Assembly: GCA_026770705.1 (NCBI GenBank)
Contig: JANJGN010000007.1
Span: 109,864,001-109,928,000 of the forward strand
Reading direction: 5' to 3'
DNA: 64,000 bases
Origin: Isurus oxyrinchus
Lineage: Eukaryota
Shown here piece by piece: positions 13,201 through 22,759 of this stretch; within the stretch, counting starts at the first letter, position 1, and each line of letters starts with the position of its first letter. The notes beneath the pieces are model-generated. The model was given only the letters and a program-made list of their open reading frames with translations, searched no databases and was not told the DNA's origin. Made by a program: the position numbers and the translations under genes.

Positions 13201-16200
13201 TTACCGGATATGCATCTGAACTGCTGTTCAAACTCGAGTATAAAGAGTGAATTTGAACTGTATTTACACTCAATGTCACATTAAAGGGAATAAAATGAAA
13301 TAATCAAGACGGTTTGTAGCTGGAGGTGGGGACAGAATATCTCCCTGAAGAGACCTAAAGGATGTTCACGTGTGAACTATTCAAAAAATGATAGGTCATT
13401 CCTTGTCGCATTCTTGCCAAATGTAACGAATTTACACATAAAATGGATCGGCTCCAACAGAGTCAATTTTACATCATGTGCACTTAAATTCAATACATGA
13501 AATCTCTTATCAGAGACTACACCCTGCACCCTAAATTCAGAAATTTCCCTCATCTCCTGCTGCCTGCCTTTCCTTCTTTAAGACTGTCCTTGAACCTTGT
13601 CTCCACCTATCCTAATGTCACTTTATGTGAGTCGGCGTCCAGTTTTGTTTGATAACGCTCTGTGAAGTATCTCAGGACGTTTCATTGCTCCAAAAGTGCT
13701 ATATAAATGCAAATTTCACCTGGAGTACTGTGTGCAGATTCTGTCTTCTTAAGAAAGGATATAATTGCCTTAGAAGCAGTTCAGTGAAGTTTTACTTGAC
13801 TGATTCCCGGGTTGAAGAGGTTACCTTATGAGGAAAGATTGGACAGGCTGGGCCTGTATCCACTGGCCTTTAGTAGAATGAGAGGTGTTCTTATTGAAAC
13901 AATTAAGATCCTGGGGGAATTTGACAGGGTGGATGCTGTGAAGATGCTTCCAATTATGGGAGAGATTGGAATTAGGAGTCTCAGTTTAAAAAGAACGGCT
14001 CTCTCACTTAAATCGAGGAGAATTTTTTTTTCTTGTTCGTCTGTGGAACACGCTTCCCCGACGAGCGGTGGAGGCAGGGTCATTGAATATTTTTAAGGTT
14101 CAGTTAGAGAGATTCTTGATTGACAATCAAAAGCTATAGGAAACAGAGAGGAAAGTAGAGTTCAGGCCAGTCAGATCAAGCAAATGGCGGAGCTCGCTCA
14201 AGGGGCCGAATAGCCTACTCCTACTCTTAATTCGTATGTTCACATGTAATTTGTTCTTATTATCTACTAAAATTTGCAATTTTCTCTGCTAAAATTTTCT
14301 CTGATAAGGCTGGTTTGATGTGTGTCCGCGCTAAAGAATGGAAGCCTTTCCCAGTTTTTGCAGCCGTTGCCCAACAGTCTGGTGCAGAGCGGCAATGCAA
14401 AAGTCATACAAGTCCCCTTACTCTTAACAAACAACAATCCTGTCCACAGAGAAGTTTCCTGTGCCTGTATGTAAGGGAATTTGTTTCCTACATAAATTGC
14501 ATTACTAATGTGCAGTTGATGCCGTTTGACAAACGTTATAATCCTTGTACAGCGAGTGCCCACAGAACTGAAAACAGTACAGCTCTACTTACAGTCGGTG
14601 CTATTATCCTGAGAGAAACCTCTATAACTTTCCCTGAGTGCGGGATCCCCTGTGCATGAATCTGGTTATGTTCTAACATCCTTATTTCAATCATTTGTCG
14701 ATCTCGTAGGTACTGATGCCAATTTTCCGCTCATTTTTGGATGTGCAGGCGGCATGTTGGCAATTTTACTATTGATAGTTATTTTGAGGAGACTTAAATT
14801 GAAAGCATCACCTGGTAAGAACATTTTTTATTTAGCCGCATACTTCTATTTTCAAAGGCCGACTTGTACTGTTGAACGACGTAAAGGGAAAATTAATTGT
14901 GGGGGAATAAAGAGGACTTTGTTGCGCAATTAAAGAATGAAGCTGATACCACAAGAGCATTATGTGATTGGCAGTTGAAATGATAGTGTTAAGCGGATTT
15001 TGAAATGCAAATATTTCATCTTCTCATTACAACTATCCATTTTTTTTGTTGCAGTTTTATTTTGCTATATCAGGAATTGTAATGGTTTTGCTTTTTTTTT
15101 AAATAGTAACAGCAAGATGGATTTCTTCTTTTTTAGGCCTTAATAGAAATTCTGTGGAAGCAGCTCAGAGGGAAGAGCCGGTAAGGTTCTAATACTCCAA
15201 AAAGGTGGATGGGAGGGAGGAGGCGGTGAGTAGGAGGGAATAGCAAGAAATGTCATATTCAGTCGAGTAGGTATTAATTAGATTTCAAATAATCATAGGA
15301 TGTTATAGCACGGAAGGAGGCTATAGTGTGCCTGTGTCGCCTCTTTGAAATAACTATCCAGTTAGTCCCCCTCCCACACACTTTACCTATAGCTCTCTTT
15401 TTTCTAACATTTCTCCCAATCCTTCTTTGAAAGTTTCATTTGAATCTGCTTCCCCCACGCTTTCAGTCAGTGCATTCCAGATGACAACAGTAGCCTACGC
15501 AATAATCCTCATCTTCTCCTGATTATTTTGCCATTTGTCGTAAATCTGTGTCCCTGAATATCGATGAAAACAGTGTCGCCTAATTTTCCCGAAAGAAATG
15601 GCTCAGGAACTTGAGGTTAATCTCATTTCAACTGCTAATCACATAATGCTCTTGTGGTATCAGCTTCATTCTTTAATCTCTCCTTAGCTTTCTCTGCTAT
15701 AAGGGGAACAATCATAGATTCTATAATCTCCCTAGCATCACTGAAGTCCCTCGTCCCTGGTGCCATTCCAGTAAATCTCCTCTCCAAGGCCTTGACATCC
15801 CCCATAAAGTGCAGAAACTGGAATGGGACACGATACCCCAGGTGAGGCCTGGACAGTGATTTCTAAATGTTTAGCATTATTCCTTGTACCTGCACTCTAT
15901 TCCTTTATTTATAAGGCCAAGATAAATATTTATCTTTACAGCAACATGTACTTATGATCACTCCCCCTTTCATAATTTAAATTATTCCTAAAATAGGAAT
16001 TTTCCAGATGCCCCGTTGATTAATGTAGACATTCTTAATGCCCGAAGACAGATTAGGAAGGTCCCAGGTTCTGTCTCCACTCCTGTTGAATTGGTTGATC
16101 CTGGCTCGGACACTGCTTCAGATGCCTAAGTCGGCCTGAAATCTGCACCTCTGGGTTCAGCAGTGCCGCTTGGAAGTCGAGCTGGTGATTGTGGGCGGGG

Positions 16201-17953
16201 GTGGGGGTTTGGTGGTGCTAGGAGAGAGGGTTTCTCAGAGTCCTGGATGCGGTTTGCCACCTCGAGATGGAGGTTTCTGGAAGTGGAACGAGGACAAACT
16301 CGGACTTCGCTGTTAGGTCTTCCAATAGCTGGGCTCGCTGAAGAATAAGTAGACGGTCGTTGCCCCAAGGAGGTGAGGGGGAGCTGGGGTTAATTCCGGA
16401 AAGGTGAAATGTGTCGTAATCATTAGATAGTTATGAGCGGTGCTCCAAATCATGACGACTTGAAATGCATTGAGCGTTCAGGGTTCCATGTTGAGAACAT
16501 TACTCGCCACCCTATTGTTGAGATATTGGACACAATAATTGAGAGTAGACAGAATGCACTTGCGACCAAATTTTATGTTTACTGTCCGCATATTACACTC
16601 TCAGACTCAGCTCCAATTGAGTCTGAGCTATCAAGACAGGCCCGCCGCTTTCAGTATTTCATTTCTTATTTTTACAGGATAGACAAGGGCCAAATAATGA
16701 AATTGTCGCCTACGCTAGTCTAAGCTTGGGACACGACAATGGACCCTCCAGACGGAGACACGAGACAGAGCACGCGGTCTATTCCCAGGTAAAACCGAGA
16801 GAATAATATCCAACCGATTCCCGTACCATAAAAGATCAATACTCTGATAACAGAGTCAATATTGACTAACTGTGCAGAAAATCAGGGGTAGTTCAGACTT
16901 CATGGGACAGAATAAAACGAGTCCTAAGGAACAGTCACCTCTCCCACAGACTTGGTTGAAAACAGCAATCAGGAGAGATGTAAATGGAGCTGGGACGCTT
17001 ATCGTTGGTTTTACACAATCTCAGAGTCAAAATCATCCGTGTCTCTTTGCCGGGTCTGGCTGTGATAATCATTGCCCTGAACTACACAAAAAAATTCACC
17101 AGATAAGTGTGACTAACATCCATTTTAAAGTCAAAACATGGAACTGAGAACGGCCTGTCCTACACCACTGTTGAAGCTAGCATCAAGAAAAATGCAAAAC
17201 CCAGACAAAGCAAGAAGACTTCGGTCTATTTCCAGGTACAGCTCAGGTCATTTATTATAATACCGCCAATGTTATGTGATACCACACTGAGCTGCAGGAA
17301 GTGGAAAGGCCTCAGATTTAATCGATCAACTGTGCTGAGCCGGCTGATCTCAGCCAAGGTTCGTCATATTTGTCTCATGTCCCAGAGATTAGGAGATCGG
17401 CAGGGGTGAGAAAAGTGGCCTCAAAAGTGTGACTTCACGCCTTCCCTCATGGGATAAGCTTCCGACGTTCAGGCAATTAGGCCTAAAAACGATGCTTTGC
17501 AATATCAGCATTCCAAACATCCATAATGGACCAGTATGAAATTCCTTTGGCTACTTTAATTGAAGTATTTACCTACTTCCTAAAATGAGCTAAATTAACA
17601 GGGGGAAGCCATTTTATATGAAGGTTAAACAGGAATTCCAACAAGATTTAGGGGAGGGCTGCAGAGAGGGGAGAGACCGGAGAATTAAAAAAGCAAAATC
17701 CGGTTCCAATCAGAAGGTAGTAACTGAGAGGAAATTTCACTGCAGCCTTTTATAACCTCGGTTGTCTCAAACAACGAGTGAACAATGGATTAACCAGTGA
17801 TATTAAACTTGACTTTCACAGACTAAACAAAGAGGCGGAGATAACAAGCTGATTTACGCCGCTCTGCAGCTTGCTGATTCCAAGAAAACTTCAAAATCTA
17901 AACAGAAAGACGAACGCGCCACATATGCAGAAGTAAACGTGTCAAAGAAATAA
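4245..17953 (+). CDS. Gene A: type I membrane IgSF receptor, leader-V(J)-C1-TM-multi-ITIM tail (NCR3/NKp30-like V; SIRP/B7-H6-like V-C1 architecture), predicted 391 aa; exons 4245-4299, 4507-4812, 7255-7572, 14710-14814, 15137-15180, 16678-16788, 17131-17235, 17822-17953
   Basis: All seven introns are GT-AG with compatible phases (1,1,1,1,0,0,0); exon lengths sum to 1176 nt = 391 codons + TAA with no internal stop; internal exon boundaries and lengths match the paralogue at 46.4-54.9 kb except the C1 donor. No transcript evidence. Confidence 0.85.
4507..4812 (+). CDS. Gene A exon 2, Ig V-type domain with germline-joined J-like motif
   Basis: VEQFP...G.NVSMFC...VRWWR...LNVTFTDSGVYYC...GNGTGTQLTAH; acceptor tttttgttAG| and donor CACG|GTAGGT, phase 1-1. 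Confidence 0.95.
4995..5195. repeat. Short hairpin/MITE-like element made of inverted Penelope terminal sequences (paralogue about 47185-47385)
   Basis: acagaaaatgtcggatgtattcaggaga... and ...tcctgctgaatatttacagcattttctgt are imperfect reverse complements and resemble the termini of the large Penelope insertions. Confidence 0.55.
7255..7572 (+). CDS. Gene A exon 3, Ig C1-set domain
   Basis: LECKTAAFYPEDLRVSW...DGLYEVSSSL...YTCLVYHVSL are C1-set hallmarks; acceptor ttcctttaaAG|; 3' end uses donor TGGG|GTATGT at 7573 because the position homologous to the gene B donor (7552) reads AT. Confidence 0.9.
7590..7811 (-). mobile_element. HE1-like tRNA-derived SINE interrupted by the Penelope palindrome (uninterrupted paralogue about 49730-50015)
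   Basis: HER1-type tail (atgtgggcgtcgc...gcatctattgcccat); B-box complement GGGATTCGAACCC in the copy-2 paralogue at about 49943. Confidence 0.55.
8342..10508 (-). CDS. Penelope RT + GIY-YIG endonuclease reading frame (5'-truncated, still open for over 700 codons)
   Basis: ORF track 8342..10543; the first dozen residues come from the opposite arm across the fold-back junction; small in-frame deletion near 9850 and YIG>FFG relative to the right arm. Confidence 0.8.
13003..13041 (+). ncRNA. Minimal type I hammerhead-ribozyme-like motif in the Penelope terminal repeat (other copies about 7879-7917 minus, 26728-26766 plus, about 30385-30423 minus, about 33645-33683 minus, 35306-35344 plus)
   Basis: agtt-CTGTCGA-a-gggtc-atgag-gactc-GAAA-cg-TC-aact: stem I agtt/aact, stem II gggtc/gactc, palindromic ACGT stem III; the 26732 copy has canonical CTGATGA. 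Confidence 0.6.
13715..14250 (+). mobile_element. CR1 LINE 3' fragment (paralogue about 50545-51090)
   Basis: YEERLDRLGLYPL..RMRGVLIET.KI C-terminal CR1 ORF2 signature. Confidence 0.85.
14710..14814 (+). CDS. Gene A exon 4, transmembrane segment GTDANFPLIFGCAGGMLAILLLIVILRRLKLKASP
   Basis: Hydrophobic helix with no charged residue followed by basic stop-transfer RRLKLK; cgtAG| and CCTG|GTAAGA; 105 nt in both paralogues. Confidence 0.9.
15137..15180 (+). CDS. Gene A exon 5, short cytoplasmic exon GLNRNSVEAAQREEP
   Basis: Strong polypyrimidine tract + AG, donor CCG|GTAAGG, phase 1-0; same 44-nt exon at 52393-52436. Confidence 0.8.
16678..16788 (+). CDS. Gene A exon 6, cytoplasmic module 1 DRQGPNNEIVAYASLSLGHDNGPSRRRHETEHAVYSQ (ITIM VAYASL)
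   Basis: tttttacAG| ... CAG|GTAAAA, 111 nt, phase 0-0, canonical V-x-Y-x-x-L. Confidence 0.85.
17131..17235 (+). CDS. Gene A exon 7, cytoplasmic module 2 SKHGTENGLSYTTVEASIKKNAKPRQSKKTSVYFQ (ITIM LSYTTV)
   Basis: Branch-point-like gactaac, ttttaaAG| ... CAG|GTACAG, 105 nt, phase 0-0, L-x-Y-x-x-V. Confidence 0.8.
17822..17953 (+). CDS. Gene A exon 8, terminal module TKQRGGDNKLIYAALQLADSKKTSKSKQKDERATYAEVNVSKK* (ITIM LIYAAL plus distal ATYAEV)
   Basis: ctttcacAG| acceptor, paired tyrosine motifs as in inhibitory receptors, TAA at 17951-17953. Confidence 0.85.
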   Translation, partial: TKQRGGDNKLIYAALQLADSKKTSKSKQKDERATYAEVNVSKK

Positions 17954-17954
17954 A
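17949..17954 (+). terminator. Candidate polyadenylation signal AATAAA overlapping the gene A stop codon
   Basis: aagaAATAAAga; the TAAA is deleted in gene B; another AATAAA lies near 18792. Confidence 0.35.
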
Positions 17955-20559
17955 GAAGCTGAGAATCTAAATACCATCCGAAGATGGGAGTTACTTATGG
18001 GTGCAGGTCCAGCGTTTTCGATTATACACCATAAAATATGCATCTATCACTGTTCAATTTATCACAGTCAGACTAAGAAGTAACTATCTGGAGCATCACA
18101 CGGGTCTCCTGTGTATGTGCTCGGAAACATGGACTGGCGGAAATGCTCGCCGGCCCATTAGAGAACCAATCCAAGGTCCGGCGCTTTCCATGCCCAGGGC
18201 AAGGCTGACAAAACCTGTTCGAAATTATTGGCAAGTTGAAAATCTACTTCGGATTGCAAATGTGCAGGATGCTTTTGCTGCGATATTATCAACCAATGGT
18301 CATCGAAATTATGTAATGGCACTTTCAGATAGTTGTTAAAATGTAGCTTGCATGATTTGCGAATGCAATATTCTCTGAGGAGTCTCTTGCAGTGTAAGAA
18401 ATTGCCAATCTATTCAACATTTAAAAAAGTGAATATTCATATATATATTACAAATAACATTTGCCTTTTTAAGTCCACGGTCGGCTGGTTACTGCCTGAG
18501 TCGACAGGAATCATTTGCTAGAAATACTATCGGTTTTGTGGTCTTTTCGGTCACAGGGTAGGGATGGAGGAGGAAAGTCAGTGCGCTCATAACTCCACAA
18601 AATACACCGAAATTATTCTCTAATTTCTAGTAGCCCATATCCAATAGAGAGACAGACAAGCTAACAAGCACAGAGGCACAAAGAAGCCCCACTCTTAAGG
18701 AGGAATCATCATTAAAATACACCAGAGACTGATCCAATATGCCACTTTCAACAGAATTTACTGTAATGTTGTATTAAAAATCAAAACAGAAAATAAAATA
18801 TGCGGCCTACGATTTTATCAAACCTTTACTACAGGACGTGGAATGATTTGGAGCTAACAGAACAGGCAGTGTCTACTTAAACATAGAAACAATTTACTTC
18901 TTGCCACTCCAAGTGAGGCATAACGTCGTTAGAGGCGAATCCTGGACATCCAGCAGGGTCAAGGAGACAGCACAGCTAACATGGACTCTGGTTCATGCCC
19001 ATCTGCCTGTGTTTCAGAGTTGTGCAGTTTTCATTATGGTGTTGCAATGTATGCCAGTTGGCTGAGTCCAACAAGGTTTAGACTTCAGTTGCAGATAGAA
19101 CGGGACACAGTGTGAAGGTACACCCGTGTTTCCAAGGCTGTAAATCATTTTGTTTCTAGGTTATAATTATATGTCTAAAAAGGGACTTCGGGAACAAAAA
19201 TGGGTCAAGTGGACAAAAGACACAAGACTTGTGCCCAGGTTCAAATCCTCTACGGAAATTACAGTGATCTGGGGAGAGGCTCACCATAAAATGCTCAAGA
19301 ACATGTTTGGACCAAAATGATCGATTTTCCTTTATAAGTAGGATATGAAGTCTGGCAAACATTTACATTAATTTGTCAGCTGGTAGAGTAATAATACCAG
19401 TAGAACATGGGTCTCTGATATGGAGTTTAAGCGCAAGGCTATCGAGCATTTTGGGACCAATACATAACAGATGGGGGAAAACAGCTGATTTTGAAAATTC
19501 AGACGGCTGCAACCATCAATTTTCTGCTACAAAGTTAGCAGACCAAATAGGCGACCGAGTGGGATTTGGTGGTGGGGGCGGTGTGGCAACAGGAAAAAGT
19601 GGATGTAAGCAGCCGTTTATGAATTATTTTGAGCTGTCGAAATTACGAGAGACCTTTGATGTGCCCCTGCACTCTACTAGACTCATAGTTAAGCCATGTG
19701 CTTTGCACAACTTTTGCAATACAAGCTCCTTTTTTCATCACTCCTACTAGTGACAGACCCGTTCTAACACTGCCACTTCACTGTCTTTATAATGTTCTCT
19801 CCAGACACCAACTAGCTTTAGAACGCAAAACACTTCACAGCATAGTTGCATGCACTATTTTCAATGTACGTTTTCCTCGTTATAAATAATGCATGCCTAC
19901 TGCAACTCTAGTGACATAGCTTCTAAACAGCCCCCAGATCTAACACATCGTACTGGCAAAATGAAGTGCAACACTACGACGACGTACAGCATCAAAAGGG
20001 CCAAGTATCTCAATCTCTAAGTGCAGACAGTGGAGCAAGACCTTAAAAAATCATTTCTGAAAATGGACAAGGCCATATTTGTCACCAAGAAGCTCATAGT
20101 GTACATTCACCTTGAATTGCTGCAGTCCATGATGATTCGAACAGTGTAATGTTTTACTCATCACACGTCTCTTGCTAAGAATGAATTAAATTCATATTCA
20201 ATGCATTTGAGCTTGTGTAAAATAAATTTCTGCTGGACCATGGACTCTCCACCAACTACAGACACAAACAAACGGAGATTTGCACCTGGTTCATTATCTT
20301 TCAGAATCAAGATTTTCAAATCCAGACTAACCCTACTAACTTTATGTGGAAAATTTCCCGAGAATGAATTAACAAAGGGCAGGAAATATCCAACCCATCT
20401 AATAACCACCCCGTCAAATTACTCTCAATCATCCGCAAAATGACCGTCATTGACGGTGCCACTAAGTGGCGCTGACATATCAAAAGCCTGCTCATGGTGG
20501 TCAGTTTGGGTTCTGCCGGGGCTTCTCAGCTCCTAGCCTCATTACAGCTTTAGTTCAAA

Positions 20560-21700
20560 CATAGATGAAATAACTGAACTCAAGAGGCAAGGTGAGAATT
20601 GCATTGACAACAAGGCAGCTTCACCAATTGTAGCATCAAGGAACCCTAGCAAAATTGAAGTCAATGGGAATCATGGGGAAAACTCTCCGCTGGTTGGAGT
20701 CACACTTAGCACAAAGGTATCATATCAGCCCCAGAACATCGATGTTGGAGTTCGTCAGGGCAGTGTCCCAGAACCAAACATCTTCAGCTGTTTCGTTAAT
20801 AATTGTTATTCCTTATAACGCGGAAGTGGCGAGATTTGCGGATGATAGGACAATGTTCAGTGCCATTCACAACTCCGTTATTATTAAAGGAGCCTGTATC
20901 CATATGACGAAAGGCCTGGAAAATATTCAGGCTTGCATTGATAAGCAGCAAATAACATTTACAGCACACAGGTGCCAGGCAATGAACATCTCCAACAAGA
21001 GAGAATCTAACCATCTCCCCTTGGCGTTTAACAGCATTACCATCGCTGAATCTCCTACTATCAACGGCCTGGAGGTTATTATTGACCAGAAACTTCATTG
21101 GACTAGCCACATAAATACTATGGCTACAAAAGCAGAACTGATACAAGAAATTCTGTAGCGAGCAACTCAACTCCTGGCTCCCCAAAGCTTTCACACCAGC
21201 TGTTAGGAGTATGATGGAATACTCTGAACTAGCCTAGATGAATGCTGTTCCAGCAACACTCAAGAAGCCCAACACAATCTGGGACAAAGCAGCCCACTAC
21301 ATCAATGCCCCGTCCACCACCTTAAACTTCAATCCCTCCACCACCATGGCACAGTCTAACATCCATTGTAGCAACTCGCCAAGACCCCTTCAACACCTTC
21401 CAAAACTGTGATCCCTATCAATAGGAGGGCAAGAGCAACAAACGTATGGAACACTACCAGCTGCAAGATTCCTTCCAAAAAACACACCAATCTGTCTTGG
21501 AAATATATCACCATTCATTCACTATTGCCGAATTAAAACCCTGGATCTCCATTCCTAACAGAACTGTGGGTGCACCTACATCACATGGACTGAAACGGCT
21601 CAAGAAAGTGTCTCACCGCCATCTTCTCAAGGCCACGTAGGACTGAACAACCAATGCTGGCTCTGCCAGCGCACTCACAGCCCATGATGCCATAAAAAAA
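20560..21700 (+). mobile_element. HER1-like (CR1-clade) LINE 3' fragment, degraded (paralogue about 57390-58570)
   Basis: GIMGKTLRWLESHL, FADD, KLHWTSHIN motifs and shark LINE 3' tail (caccgccatcttctcaagg...). Confidence 0.8.
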
Positions 21701-21959
21701 CATTTTTTATCATTGTATCTTTAACAACTTCCACACATGATTCTTTTGAATGCATAACAAAACAAGTTAATGAAGGTCTGCCTACAGCCTTATGGCTGCC
21801 CACATATATTGTCGTACTCACTGATACTGAACATTCAATTTCCTGCAAATTTAAATTACATCCACGCAATTAAGATCAAAATTACTTCCACACAATTTAA
21901 ATTAAACTCAGCAGATACTGCAGCAAAATGGATAGGCCCATAAGCTACCAGCATGTCAG

Positions 21960-22410
21960 CAGCAGTCAGATAATTTGCACAATTCAACTGTCAGTCGGGT
22001 TCACAATGTGGCGCATTTGGGTGTACTGGAAACGACATACGTTATTACACAGGGCCCTGCTCCTCACAGACAGAAAGAACATATAGACACATTGCGCCTG
22101 TTCCAGCTAAACAAAATAAGTGACAGCCATTCGCAGACTCACTTCTCAGGGAAATGCTTTGATTAATCAGGGTCAAGCTGCCTGGTTTAAATTACAACGT
22201 TTGGCAGTCAGCTTTCAGTAACCATCAGTGGTGCATCCTCTATGGCAACAGCACTTGCCAAGCAATCAGCACTGTCTTCAAATACAGTACAAATTGTTGT
22301 CTTCCCCTTGCATCGGTATACTTGCGAGTGTCCTAATGAGTGCAAAACAAAAAGTTTAGACATGTCTCTTTTTCAGCAATCATCAAGTTCTATACTGCCA
22401 AATGACTACA
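21960..22410 (+). mobile_element. 3' fragment of a second, older Penelope-like family (paralogue about 58840-59290)
   Basis: R.HSVAHLCVLEAIYINTKDPIPCRQKEH resembles the C-terminus of PLE GIY-YIG domains; degenerate hammerhead-like tgtcCTAATGAgtgc...gaca near 22328-22362. Confidence 0.5.
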
Positions 22411-22759
22411 TGCAGTCTCATTCCTTCAGGTATTGAATTAAAGATTAAAAGTTAGCTTTTAATTTACTTTTCGTTTCTCCTCTTTCTTTCCCTTTCCGTT
22501 TTGACGTTGAGTTTGTCCATTCTAATTCTGCACCTTTTTCAGTCTTTCATCTATTTCTAATTCCTTACATATCATTGGTCATACATTTTTCCCTGTTGTT
22601 AACCAAAATCTCAGAAACCCTGTTGCCCTCGTTCTGTTATCAGTTTGTAACCACAGCAATTTATAAGGCAAACGTTTTCAGCTGAAGCATGCAGGAAAAC
22701 ATCTAACAAGAAGGCACGCCAGAAGTAGCCTTGCTTCTGCAAATTTCCACCCATTGTGT

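Noticed and set aside
4245-17953. Assigning a gene symbol (NCR3, NCR3LG1, SIRPA)
   Set aside because: Each matches only part of the architecture; orthology cannot be set without phylogeny and synteny
18630-20450. Short ORFs shared between the two duplicated copies downstream of the gene (e.g. 19373-19750 vs 56230-56565; IQYATF/IQYVTI)
   Set aside because: Similarity is explained by the duplication; no recognisable domain or consistent splice structure
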